The translations under genes were made by a program, and so were the position numbers. From Anthoceros angustus (taxonomy: Eukaryota > Plantae > Anthocerotophyta): a DNA stretch of 64,000 nucleotides. Under the pieces are notes generated by a model, which saw nothing but the letters and a program-made list of their open reading frames with translations, had not been told where the DNA came from and did not search any database. Positions 12,290 to 24,878 of the stretch are shown here, piece by piece. The stretch's first letter is position 1; every line of letters begins with the position of its first letter. The stretch spans positions 496,001 to 560,000 of the forward strand of contig MU008171.1 of NCBI GenBank assembly GCA_010909165.1, written 5' to 3'.

Positions 12290-12540
12290 TGTGGAGGGCG
12301 CCGGGCCGGGCGCCTCCACAAGGAAGCCTGCAGTGGAGGCGCCGGCGGGCGCCCGCAGAAGCTGGCGATGGAGGCGCGGCGGGCGCCGCCCACCTGTGAA
12401 GCCTGGCCGATGGAGGGCGCCGGCGGGCGCCTCCACCAGCTCGGGCCGGTGGATGGCGGCCGCCCACCTGTGAAGCCTGGCCGATGGAGGGCGCCGGCGG
12501 GCGGCGCCTCCACCGTGCACCAGGTAGAGGGCGCCTCTTT
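12290..12540. repeat. GC-rich minisatellite of imperfect palindromes (TGGAGGGCGCCGGCGGGCGCCTCCA)
   Basis: About 5-6 copies visible. The linker CACCTGTGAAGCCTGGCCGA is itself repeated. Confidence 0.8.
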
Positions 12541-13542
12541 CGCATACGAGACGATGTGGTTTTGTTTTTAATTTGCAGCAACTAAAGGACGTTGAGGTTT
12601 TGGCGAAGCTGCCGGATGACTTCCGCCATTTCATAGTTGACTAGCTCTAAATAACTTTTGGCAAGTCTCCTAGCGGGTATTGGGTGCACCAAATGTGCGT
12701 GAGCGCATTAAAATTCGCAGACATGAGCGCATTCAAACTCACCCACAATATATAAGCCACCCTCAGAACGTCCATGAGTGGATCCTTGATGGGATGAGTT
12801 CCTCATATTTGGTTTAATGTAACTTAAAGAGCAATTGGTTTGGATTAATGGTCGTATATTTTGTCGTCGATCGCATTATGTAGCGCACCGAATACTTCGC
12901 CAGACTAATCTCTCGATGTGAAAGAGTAAAAATTCTTCATCTCATGATGGTGCATGAGTCACACTACTGCTTCCCACTACGCACTCATCCTAATGTCTAG
13001 GTGCTAATATATTGCCCGCAAACATTAATATACAATATTCCCCAGTAAAGAGTGCCTTGGCATGATTTGAGAATTAGAAAAGACGAACCTTCTTCTTTGC
13101 TTGTAGGTAATAGATATGAGAGTCAAGACTCTAATAACTTTATTATCTTAAACTTAATTATTAGTGAGCATATTCACACCCTCGCCGTACCTATAAATGT
13201 GCAGTAGACAGTACGACATACTAGCTTAGAATTTGTAGCACATGGATTTTGCTACATACACGTGTATAAAGTTCTCTAGGGTACAGACAGGTTCATGGAT
13301 ATATAATCTCTCTCCTCGAAGATTGAGGAAAGTAGAGCTAGAGTTGGGATCAATCAACAATTACAACTCTAAGTGTGGGAGTCAGGGTGGGGCAACTATG
13401 TAAGTTTGAAGAAGTTTAAAGAGCTGGCTTTAGGGCTATGGAGCATGTACATGACGTTAGGTGGGAGGTTTGTCACTTGGTGAATTCGAATGAATTGTTT
13501 AACCCTGGAAGAGGTGCATTAGATTATCTTATGCTCTCCCTA

Positions 13543-15716
13543 ATGGGGCAGTCCACACCTTCTGTGAACCCCAAAGACACTCCTTGTCCGGTGTGCGCTT
13601 AGCTTTATTGTGGAACTAAGGGGGTGAGATCCCACATTGGGCATATGCATAAGGACTTTGACCAGACTACTTGGGCGGCCCAAGTGTGTATCGCCACCAC
13701 CACCACCTTTGTGACGTAGGCTCCGATGTCCAGCGTCGTTCCTCCAGAGGTGCCTCTTTCATCATAAGAATGGTTGAGGACCTAGCTAGATGACATCCTT
13801 GGGATGTTCGAAACCCGTTTTCCATACTTGCGCACCTTTCACAGGCTTCCCAGGCACCTCCATGATGATGCCCGCTTACTGTTCCATCTTTCCTTGGATC
13901 GCCTTGTGCTTGACTCCCAGGACGAGTTGGCCTGGTGTCTTCTTCTGCTTCTCCCTCTTTGATAATTGCATTGTTCTAAGGGTGGGGCTTCTTGTCATCA
14001 TGAGGTTGCAAGCCGTCTTTGCTGTTTTCAGGCTGGCGATTGGGCATCTCTCTAAGAGGAGACTTTGCATGCTTCCAAGGCTCGTACGGAATCAGCACTA
14101 CGGTTGGAACAAGAACCAGGGAATGCGGCCAACCTGCGGCGCTATAAGTTGCTTGGCCAAGTTGGTGAATATGCCCGCGCCAATAGGGCTCTTTGCCCCC
14201 TTCCTTTGGCCCCTGCTTTGGAGGAGACCATTGCGGCCCTCCGTGCCCTACATACTGCCCCGAAGAACACCATCCCTCCAAACAAATACGACTATGTCCC
14301 TCAGGACCTCTTCTCCCTAGATCGAGCAGCTTTTGCTTTGGCCCTCTCTGCAGCCCCACGTTTTTCATCTGCCGTGCTGTTTGGAATGGTGTTTGAACAC
14401 CATAGGGACCTTTTTCTCCTTAAAGACCCCTCTAGCGGCTTCTCGGAGCTCTTTTCTCTGGCTTCTGCTGTGGCTCGGAGAGAGATGCCTCGTCAAATCT
14501 CCCTTGTTCTTGCAGCTAGCAGGCTTGTTGCTATGGACAAGCCTGCCCCCTCCTCTGGCGTGCGTCCGCTTGCGGTTGGGAAGGCCTTCATGCGGCTCTT
14601 CAACTATACTATTGCCCTTCAGTACCGCTCCCTTCTCCAGCACGGCCACCTCAATCCTCCTTATTAGTTTGGATGGAGGGATCGATGGTTTCGGGGGGTT
14701 GCAGGTGTCTTTGCTTGAGAAATAGCTTGGTCAGGCTTTCCAGTCTGTCCTCGTGGACCCCTCCATCCCTAGGTCCCCACAGGCTTGGCTTCGCTCTTGC
14801 TTTGGGAAGGGAGTATGCACCTGGCTTTTACCTCGTCCTTGTATACGCAGTTTTCACATTGCACCAACCACCTAGATCTCTACTGAGATGCGATTTCATC
14901 TTGGCATGTTCTAGCCTGTGGCTTCTTCCCTCCTTACCTACGAGTGTGGCTCTGCCCTTGATGACTCTAGGATTCACCTTGCTCGTTGTCCCCATCGGGG
15001 ACATCACATCGCCACCCATGACGCCATCTATGATGTCATATTCGCCATAGCCCGCGAAAGCGATTACATGGCCTAAAGGGAGAGAGGGTACATTCTTTGT
15101 ACAGTCAATCAGGGTTGACTTGTACCTCATCCACGGCGACCTAGTTTTGGTGGCGCATGTGGTGGTCATTAACCCTGCAAGTGACACCATCTCTGCGCAG
15201 GTGATCACTAACCTTCCAGGATGGGCTGCTGCCAGGGCGGCAACTTTCAAAGTCAAGAAATATAGTGGGATGCAGACGGGCCACCAATTCATTCCTCTCG
15301 CTCTTGAAACGTATGGGGCGATGTTAAGGATTTTGATACATTTATGAAGTCCTGCGCCAAGGCTTATCATGCCCACGGGCACAGTCTGGGGTTGTCCCTT
15401 TCCTACTTCACGGCGTTCTTCAGACAACGGGTCTCAATTGCCCTTCAAGAGGCCCTTTCCACAGCGATCATCCATAGAGCGGCGACAGCAGGTGATGCAT
15501 CCTCCTCTTCCTCTGTTGTTTGTAGGCCGTTTACTCTTCCCGCATTCGACATTGTGAGCGCAATTAGTGAATTCCGGCAGGAAGCTCAAATGCTCCTTTT
15601 CAACGCGAGCCTGAGGGTCTTCCTTGGTTGTCCTCTGCCGGATGGGCTTTTCCCATCAAAATTTGTCCCCCAATAAAAGGTCTTTTGCACGCTATGACCT
15701 TACAATTTCAATGTAG
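13543..15716 (+). mobile_element. Internally deleted, decayed CRE-like (RLE-clade) non-LTR retrotransposon
   Basis: N-terminal C2H2 relic CPVCA*LYCGTKGVRSHIGHMH. RT N-terminus ASRLVAMDKP..GVRPLAVGKAFMRL. The RT core is missing after about 14660. CCHC knuckle relic (..CG..D..IHLARCPHRG....THD.IYD). RLE-type C-terminus KVKKY....FIPLALETYG and RQRVSIALQ. Confidence 0.82.
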
Positions 15717-15788
15717 GGAGGTCAACTCCCAAGTATTATTTTTCATGAGGGAATGGGTAGCATTTTTCGCACCCACAAGTGTCTAGGT

Positions 15789-15838
15789 AGAAAGGGTGAC
15801 TTCGTCCTGAAGAAAGGGTGACTTCGTCCTGAAGAACT
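15789..15838. repeat. 24-bp direct tandem duplication (AGAAAGGGTGACTTCGTCCTGAAG)
   Basis: Two adjacent copies visible. Confidence 0.85.
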
Positions 15839-16049
15839 AGTGTCTGCTTTTCTACATAAGCCATAAGCCTAGGATCAAGTTCCATCACCATGGGTCCGAC
15901 AAAGGAAAGTTTTTGAGAGGGTGAACCTATTGCAGGGCTAAATGTTTCCTCTTATGGAGTGTCACACCGCCAACAAAATTTACAAGAGGGCAGCTCATAG
16001 CAAATGAGGAGATCACGTTGCAGTGAAAGACAATGAGGGGGTACTATGC

Positions 16050-16265
16050 CATGAGTGGCAAGTCACACCTAAAAGTGAGGCTTGACAAGTTCAGCATACT
16101 TGGGACAATAAAATCATGCTTGCTGCACCCATGCGACATGAAAGACAAATGAGGGATATGATGACATAAGTGGCAAGTCCCACCTAGAAGCAAAGCTTGA
16201 CAAGTTCAGCATACTTTGGACAGCAAACGGATGATCCGAACCCTCAATCATGCTTGCTGCACCCC
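16050..16265. repeat. Imperfect about 120-bp tandem repeat
   Basis: AGTGGCAAGTC.CACCTA...GCTTGACAAGTTCAGCATACTT...AATCATGCTTGCTGCACCC occurs twice. Confidence 0.75.
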
Positions 16266-16625
16266 ACCCTTTGCAATTCACCGAGTGTGGAGAGCCCGAT
16301 GGACCCACATACATACACAGCTAGCAGGTCGAATACAGGCTGCATGAGTGAGTAAACTTCTAATCCTAGACGAGGTTTCACTCGTATACCAACTTAGGCT
16401 CAAGGCCTCTCTCTGCACCTGATAAAGGATTAAGTAGGGTTGTTTTATTTCACCCAAATCGTCAGGAGTATACAACTGAAAGTGAAAGCCGGTGCGCTTG
16501 CTTGGTAGCTTGCACCCAGTTCCTGTGGCTCAGCTTTGAGCTTGGATATTCGCTACTGTTGCAACGCCAAGCTTTTTGTGGCGGTCCAACCCAACAGGGT
16601 CGAGCGTCGGCCCCGAGTCCTGGCC

Positions 16626-17791
16626 ATGGCCACCGTGTTGCAGGGGGCAGCTATGAAGCCTGCAGCAACAGCAGGGACGGCGGTGGGGCATAAGGCAGCG
16701 GCACCCAATCTGGGCGCAGGAATTGGGCTGGCCTCTCCTGGGTTCCGGAGGCTGGCATTCGGGTGTGGCTTGAGGAGAGGGGAGCGACGGGTTCCTTCTC
16801 ACAGCGTGCAAGCAGGTAGCTGGGGCTTGGATATCTGCCAGTGACCGGGTGTGACTCGAATTTGCATGTTCTCGCTGCAGCTGGGTTGCCTATGTTGCTA
16901 ATTTGGATGGCATCGTTGGGTTGGCCGGCAGCACTTGAGCCCAGTGACAAGTCCATCGAGGTGATGCGCAAGTTTTCTGAACAGTATGCACGTAGGTCGG
17001 ACACATTCTTTTGCGTCGACAAAGGAGTCACCTCTGTGGTCATCAAGGTACTGTATTGAGCAGCTCACATCCGATTCCGAGGTATGTAATGTGTGGTCAG
17101 TGTGATCAGTGGGTTTTATGCCCGCTGCTTGTGGTGTTGCAGGGGTTGGCAGAGCACAAAGATTCGCTGGGAGCACCGCTCTGTCCATGCCGGTGAGACA
17201 CTTGTTGCCTCAGTACTTTTTTGGGTACGTTCATTGCTGCTGCTGCTGTTACTACCCTTGTTTACTGGATGCAGAGACTGTAGGTGGTTTCACGGGGCTA
17301 CGTCCTTTTGTTGCATGTGCTGATCATTGGTTGCTCTTGATGCAGACACTACGATGACAAAGTAGCCGAAGTGCAGCAGGGTTTTTGGAACTGCCCTTGT
17401 GTACCCATGAGGGAAAGGTGCAAACTCCCTGTCTTTACCTGTCATGCAACCTTGAATCTCTCGTGTCAAATCTGTGAGCTGTGCATTATGCCATGCCTTG
17501 CTAAGCAGCTACTCAGTTGACGGTGGTGGTGGTTGTGTTCGTGCAGGAAGGAGTGTCATTGTATGCTCTTCCTGACTGCAGACAACGATTTTGCGGGTCA
17601 AGACCAGGTAACCCCGCTCTTCTTCCCCCCTTCCCACGTCACACTTGTGATGTAACCTGATGTACTGCAAAACGAGGCTCCCATCACGGTTGGTGTTGTC
17701 ATTCATTGTCTGTGCGTGTGTGTGTGCGTGGTACTTTGCGTTGCAGGCTATCAGCATGGAAGAAATCAAGGAGCTTACCGCCAATGTCTGA
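16626..17791 (+). CDS. FTRC: Ferredoxin-thioredoxin reductase catalytic (beta) subunit, plastid-targeted, 6 exons
   Basis: Approximate exons 16626-16815, 16932-17047, 17143-17192, 17346-17417, 17547-17607 and 17747-17791, with GT-AG introns. Spliced protein has MRKFSEQYARRSDTFFCVDK, LCPCRHY, WNCPCVPMRERKECHCMLFLT (CPC/CPC/CHC cluster motifs) after an Ala-rich transit peptide. Confidence 0.96.
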
Positions 17792-18284
17792 TACAGTATC
17801 GATCTTGGGTTTGCAAGAACTTGGGGGAGCGGACGCCACAAATCCAACCAGCCAGCCAATTTGTAACAGTAGCTTAAGGACCGTGGTGGGAGGCAATTTT
17901 TGCTTCCCTATTCTCTCATAAAAGTTGTGAAATTGTTAAATTGTCATGGCAGTGGTGGCGTTTTGTTCTTTGCGAATTGCCTCACAGCAGAGCAAGAGAG
18001 CAAGAGGTAGAAAAGCCACCACACAGCAGGTAGACAATCCTGATTTGAGACAATTAAGACTTGAAGAAGACAAAAGTTGTGACAGTATAGTAATCGGCAA
18101 GCTACCCAGCAAGCAAGAAAAGATCCAAAGTTATCAGCGTGGTGCGCACATGATTTATATACAATGGTACAGATGGTGGTGGAGCCTCCAAATTGTAGTG
18201 TACAGCTTCCGCAGTTGGTGTGGGGGTTGGTGACGGATGCGATCTGCATGCTTTGTACCTGCCTCCTAGAAGTCCACTCACTAC

Positions 18285-20409
18285 CTATAGCCGATTGTGG
18301 TGGAGATATCTATTGTTGCCAGTGGAAATGTGTTGTTGCTGTTGTTGCTGCTGTTTGGGCATCGGCAATGACCACACCCGAATGTCCCGATCCAGGCCGC
18401 CACTGTAGAGCACGATTCCCAGCGAGGCATGGAAGTTCGGGGAAAGCGCGAGCGTCTTCACCGCCCCGCGGTGGCCCTTGAGCACGGCGACACAGACATG
18501 GCGCACGGTGGCGGGATCCTGCCGCCGCCACACCCGGATTGTGCAGTCCGCGGAGCCGCTGCACAGCACGTAGTCCGCCACACCGGCGTGCTGGGAATCC
18601 GGGTGCGACACGGCCAGGCACAGCACGGCCTGCTGGTGGCCTCGCAGCAACGTGGCGATGCTCATGTGCCGCGCGGAGTCCTCCCGCTCCCACACGCTCA
18701 CGCTCCGGTCCCCCGACGCGGAGTAGAGCAGCCCGCCGTCCGGGCTCAGAGCCAGGGCGTTGATGGCCGAGCTGTGGCCCTCCAGGGTGGTCACCAGGGC
18801 GTGGGATCCGTGCCGGTTGCTCTCCATGGGGTGCAATGAGGAGCCCTTGAAGTGGTGGTGCGGTCGCGCGCCTCGGGCTCGAGCTGCTGGTTGTTTTCTC
18901 AGGGATGGTGTCGGGGTGGATGCAACAGGGGAGGACATGTACGTCTGCCTCGCCTGCTGGTTGTGGAGCAGGCTCGGGGAGAGCAGGTTGTGGGCGCTGG
19001 CGTAGGACCTGAGCAACGGCGGCTGCTGTTGCAGCACGTCCTTCTGCATCTGCATCTGTATGTTCTCCTGTCCCTGTTGCTCTTCCGAGACGGGGATGGG
19101 AATGTCTTTCCGCCTGGGGGTCGGGTGGCTAGCGTCAGGTGGGCGAGCCGTCCGGGAGCAGCCGAGCCCAGACCTTGATCTTGGCGTCGGCTCCGCCGGT
19201 GTAGAGGAAGGCGTTGCCCTGGTCCACGACCACTGCGTTCACGGCGTCGTCGTGGGCGGTCAAGGATTCCAGGCACTTGTGGTCCGCCAGCCGCCACACC
19301 TTGACGCTCTTGTCCCAGGAGCCGGAGTAGAGCACCCCGGACCCCAGGGCCAGCACGGAGATGGTGTCCGCGTGCTGAATCCAGAGCTTCCGGTGGTGCC
19401 GCCGAACCTGCACGTAGTTCTTGGGCGGCAGGCAGGATACCACCATGTCCTTCACCGTCGGCAGCGTCGCCTGCAGCTTGTGCTTCACCAGCTCCGCTCC
19501 TTCTCTTTCTCCTCCTACTCCTCCCTCCGCGGCGGGCCATTGCCGGCTCCACGCCCGCAGCTTGCAGTCCTGATGCGCGCTGTACAGCCGGTCGTTGGCC
19601 ACCACCATCGCCTTCACAGCCCCCCCATCTCCCTTGAGCCGGAACCTATCGCCCACCAGAGTGTGCGACAGATTGGAGAGAGTGTGGCGCCATACCCGGA
19701 TGTCACTCCCTTCCGAGCCCGAGTACAGGTAGTCGCCGTCCAGGCATAAGGAGAGCACGGCTCCTTGATGGCCCTCCAATGTAGCCAGGCATCGCGCCCC
19801 GCTGAAATCTGCACTCACAATCACCGTCCACATCAAGCCTTAGCTCTTCATCTCCACACACCATAATTGTGCTACAACCGGTACCACCATGATGACACAC
19901 GCGAGCGGTCTCGCGCTCTAGAACTCTCATACAACACCCAATCACAACAAACAATCAGCAAACAACATGCCCCACGGATGGGTAGCAGCACCCATCACAA
20001 CAGACACCAAACCGCATCACAAAGCAACAAAGCAACACCACCCGCCACAACAAACAAACAGCCATCAGGACGACCAAGACGAGCGAGCAGATTCAGCTTC
20101 ACCTTAGGCGAGATGAAGCAACCACCCAATCATCAACAATCTTGACGGAGGGAGGAAGATGCAATGCTCACCAGCAGGGGACGGGAGACAGCTGGAGAGG
20201 GGCAAGACGTAAGGAGAGGCGTTGCAGGATTGCAAGTAAACGGGGTCGTCGGACTCGGCGTGGCTGAACCTGCCCGTCAGGCTCCATCTGGAAGCGGAGG
20301 CAGATCCGGAGGCAGAGGATTCCGATTCGGACTGAGTGGTGCTGTAGGAGGTGTCATCGGAGCACCCGCTCAGCTGCGACTCCAAGACGTAGCCGAGCTG
20401 CTGGACCAT
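18285..20409 (-). CDS. JINGUBANG/REN4-like WD40 protein; 2 exons (20409-20172, 19808-18285) with one apparent frameshift near 19140
   Basis: WD40 repeats LEGHQGAVLSL, LYSGSWDKSVKVWR, HDDAVNAVV, LEGHSSAINALAL and GHRGAVKTLAL. Family-typical KNYVQVRRHH.KLWIQHAD. Ser-rich first exon joined in frame by a GT-AG intron (20171-19809). Confidence 0.85.
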
Positions 20410-21466
20410 GGTGGCGCGACAAAAGACAAAACTAGGTGATGCACCATGAGCTAGCAGCTAGCAGCTAGCGGGCAGCCGCCTCAGCCTTCCTCGGCCTCCT
20501 CGGCCCGTGCGTGGCCTGCTGCCTGGGCGCTGCGGCAGGACGCACTTCAGGCACAAATCGGGTGTGGGTCGCGGAGCGTGAAAGGAGCGGAAGCCTGGGA
20601 GGCACGGGGCGCGGACAGGGCGGGCCGCGGAGCTCAGAGCTGGGAGTAGGCAGTCGGAATGTGGCTGGCCCGAACGTCCACTACCGAGTGCCAGAGACAA
20701 GTGGGAGAAGGAGGTAGCGGGGCAATGTACGGATACGGCGTAGTATAGCAAGTGGGAGGGCGACGCGCGACCCGAGGTCACAAGCCCGCGACTTTATCAT
20801 GACGGTCGCGGCGATTTGCGACTCGAGTCGCGACTCCAACCAGTAACGTCTCGCGACGAGCGCTGTTTCCCAGGCCTGCACGGCAAAGCGACCGTTAGTT
20901 AATGAAGAGAAAGGGTGATTTGATTTCATTTCATTTCAGACACGACGGAGACGGCGACGGGCGACCTGGACTCCTGCAGCAATGGCAACGGCACTGTGGA
21001 TGGGACTGGACCTCCTTCCTGCCCCTTGCACATGACACCACGCCTACCCCTCATTGCGCCGTACGCCCAGCTATGGCCTCCTGCCCACAGGAGTTGATAT
21101 CACAAAGCAGGAGGCTCCAAATTGCGCAAGCATGCGGCTCCGGTTGCAGTTGCGTGCCTTTTCCGCTTGTCCATGTGAAAAGAGATCTCCGTGTCGCGCC
21201 CTGAGGGATACATGTCTCCCCCTCAGCCCCGGTACATATATACATCTAGGTTTGCCCACGTCACCCGCATTTCTCTACTGCCGCAAGTGTGTGATCCCTG
21301 GCGCGAGATTACCCGTCGACCCTGGCCGCGGATTTTGTCCTCCAGCCTCCTCCCCAGGCAGCCCAAGGGCCCCACAGCCCTCAACGGGACTTTTATAACG
21401 GGCTGCTGCCTCCAGAATATTGCATGATTGGATCGTCTGACACACAAACACTGTTCCAACTCCAGC

Positions 21467-21525
21467 GAGCTCCAGCTCCAGCCCCAGCCCCAGCCCCAGC
21501 CCCAGCCTACCCCCAGCCCCAGCCC
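21467..21525. repeat. (CCAGCC)n microsatellite
   Basis: Visible CCAGCCCCAGCCCCAGCC run. Confidence 0.8.
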
Positions 21526-22203
21526 CCATTTGTTTTGTTTCTCTCAATGTTTGGACGAATGGATTCCCTTCCCTCCCTTGTCTGTAATGGGATGGGCATT
21601 AAAACTGTCAGCCGGAACACCGACATCCAATCCCTTCGGAGCCCTTTCTAACATACAGCCCAGGAGCCGTTGCCAACGCTAGCATTGTACCAGTGCCGGG
21701 TACTGGATAATATAAACGAATTCCATTCCCCCACGCGTGCGAGGCTGAATGCTGAAGCTGAAACAAGGTGTGTATAGGAGGTACCTATGCAAGGCCTGGC
21801 GAACACCACCTGGACCTGGGCAGGATGCTCCAAGGATGAAGTGTAAAATATTAGGTCTGATGTCACAGACCTTTTACCAAGCCAGGATGGACAGGGGGGC
21901 GCACGAACGCACGTACATGCCCAGCTTTTTCCCTGTTTGCTGGTTGCTGCTGGCTACCAACTTCCACAGGTGAGGAGACAATCTGTGGGCGATCTACGTT
22001 TGGGGCCCGCTATTAGAGAGGGTACGAGGGTGAATGGCCGTCAGTAATAAGAAAGGTATGATACAATAATTTGGATGCATCTCTTCCCAGTGATGAGAGG
22101 GCAGACCAACGGGCAGCGGCAGCAGGACAGGCGGCAGGACAGGCGCTGTCGTGAGGTGTGTTGTCGGCGGAGATCTCACCACAACTGCACATCTGGCACG
22201 TCC

Positions 22204-24878
22204 TCAAGGTAAACGGTATGCAACCTGTAGCAGCTCCACGCGCTTTCGCAAAGGCTCTGGCACCTCCTCGCTCTTGAACACTCCGCACCACAACTGCCAT
22301 AACTCTGCAAACGTAACATGACTCAGCCGTTAGGTGGGCGCTAAAGTGCATTTTGACCCAGGGAGCTCACCGACGGGGATGTGATCCCCAGCCAGTATGG
22401 CGTGTGACATACGTACCGCTTTTCTGCTGTCGTGTGAGAAACATGGTGGACATGCTGAATCTGCCAACCCTGGTAAGATGTTCCAGGATGTCCACGCCGA
22501 AGCCTGCATCATGCCTGCACCGTGATTGCATCGTTGCGTTAGTGAGTGCCTTAGTCGTTAATCAGTCATTCCGGCCATCAGAAAAGAATTGGGTGGCGGG
22601 TTCACGCACGGGAAAAATGTCTCCAAGGTGTGAATGATTTCCATCATCAGTGGGGCACTGAGCGCATCTTTGAAGACTGAGGGGAGTGAAGCTGGTTCCA
22701 TCAGCTGCCAGTGAGAGACAAGTGGTTAGGGACCTAAACTGCTGCTCAACAGTAAAACGGTACACCAGGGACGTGTTGCCCACCTTTAGCAGCCGAGCTT
22801 GGGAAGCACCATCTCCAGAGAAGCCTTTCCACAATGCTTCGAACTCGTAGGAACTTTTTGGAGCCACCAGGGATCGGGCTACGCCTGCCATGGCAGAGGC
22901 TGCAGCCCGTGCTGCTGCAGCCTGAGTTGCAGCAGCTGTTCCCTGCACTTTCCTAACACTTGGTCTCACCTGCCGCAGACAAAGAATGCAATGTGAGTGC
23001 CTTCCCTTCCTCCTTGTCGGCATCACCGACAACTTCTTCAGATTCTCATGGACTTAAATCAGATCTGTGCCAACATGCCTCTTCCTCCGTGACAACAGCT
23101 CCTTCTGATGTCAGTGGTGTCATGGGAGGGCTGCCGATGGTTGCACTGCTTGTCCCACCCTGCTTAACGCTGCCTTCTGACAACCTGGAGCTCTTGACAG
23201 GCCTTAGTAGAAGTTTCTCATCCTGGTTCTTGTTATCAGAAATGACTGGTGTCTCGTGGTTCCCAGCCTTTACAAGTGGAATCTTCACCTTTTCTTCGGA
23301 TGGTTTGATCCCGTTTGCCTGATGAATTTCACAGCTAAGTTAGCGCAAACCTTCCCCCCCCAAGACCCAAGACTACAAAATGCCACAGTTCTCTGGGGGG
23401 AAAAATCTTCCACCTCTTCATACAGGCGTTTGGCTTCCTTGTAATTGTTTTGAAGCTGCTTGTTTTCAGGTTCCAAGCGCAGGGCAAATTCAAAGTCTGA
23501 AACACGAAGCACCATGAGAGAAATCGCCAACATGATCCCAATCCATCAACCGTGAAACAGTGACTGACACCCACCTTCAACAGCTGCCAGATACCGCTTG
23601 AGCTCCTGTTGAGCTGTTCCTCGACGGGCATAAGCCTTCGTGTAACGATCATCCATGGCAATGGCCTCGTTACAATCCGTCACAGCCTCGTCGAACCTGC
23701 CAGGATGAAAGCAGGCGTTAAGTTGAATACACCCCAAGGTAGCACCTCTGACTACACACACCCAAATGAATTCTGAAAAACCCAACCTCCTAATCTTGAG
23801 ATAAGCCATGGCTCGATTTGCATAAGCTGCTGCTGTGGGCTGCAATCCTATGCTCCTCGAATAACTCTCAATAGCTTTCACATACTTTTTCTCCTTGAAA
23901 AATTCATTCCCCTGCTTCAATCCATGGGGAAAAGTCACTTAAGCAGGGCGGGATATCGCAACAAAAGGGGAAACCTTCACTCTCAGCAGATGGATAAAGA
24001 AAGGGCTCACAAAGACATCTCCAGGGTGGTACTCACAGCATCCTTTTCTAATATGGCATCTGCCATGGCATCAGACATGGAGCCTCTCAATCCCATAACA
24101 TCGGACAATCCACCACCACCCGGCCCACGTCCAAAACCCTGGTTCAGGCTGCATTGTGGTTGAGCGTCCGACACCCTACTGCTCGGAACTGCACCTGCTC
24201 GTGCAGACGATTGTGTCTTCGGACGGGAAGTCATCCTCTCCTTGGGCTCCTCATCAACCTCTTTCAAAGCCGCATCCTACTGAATGCATTACAGCACAGC
24301 GACAAGGTAAAATAATGGCCAACCAAACAGGAAACACCCCATTGAACAAGCACAGGTGCAACAGTTTCCAAAACCAGAGTAGCAGCAACGCCTACCACAT
24401 CAAATTTATCCCACTTGTCTCGGAAATGATCGTATGTGTGCTTGGCAGCTGTAGCACCGGGGCTCTGCTTCTGCTTGGAGGAGCTCCCATCCGCTGGACC
24501 CGCCTTGGAAACCGCTGTCTGGCTCTGCACGGGTTCATTCGCCGCCCGACCCCTGACTGGCGCGACATTCTGCGTGCGGCACGAGGGAATCAGCAACCGA
24601 AACGATCACAGAGAGCCGGTCGGCTGGACTTACCGTATCCCTGCTTGCTTGCGATTTCACGCTATTATCCTTCTGCTTGATGGAATGCTGCCAGTCCTTG
24701 AGCTCTTTCAAAAACCCCTGCAACTCCTGCGGTGACCCACGAACAGCCGTGTGGTTCAGAGAGCAAGGCAGCAAGACCTCCAACAGGAACCCATCAAATC
24801 CACAGAAGAGGGAAGAAGAAGAGGGCAGAGACAAACCAAGGTGTTGTCGCGAATTTGCTTCTGCGCATCGGCCGCCAT
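22204..24878 (-). CDS. RPAP3/Tah1-like TPR co-chaperone (R2TP component) with RPAP3 C-terminal domain, multi-exon
   Basis: Spliced pieces: MAADAQKQIRDNTL-ELQGFLKELKDW; YDHFRDKWDKFDV; TPRs KQGNEFFKEKKYVKAIESYSRSI..AAYANRAMAYLK, FDEAVTDCNEAIAMDDRYTKAYARRG and DFEFALRLEPEN; C-terminal PKSSYEFEALWK and HLTRVGRFSMSTMFL. Stop TGA at 22206-22204. Confidence 0.88.

Noticed and set aside
12290-12540. Palindromic repeats resembling a CRISPR array or REP elements
   Set aside because: Linkers are duplicated rather than unique, the repeats are degenerate, and there is no prokaryotic context.
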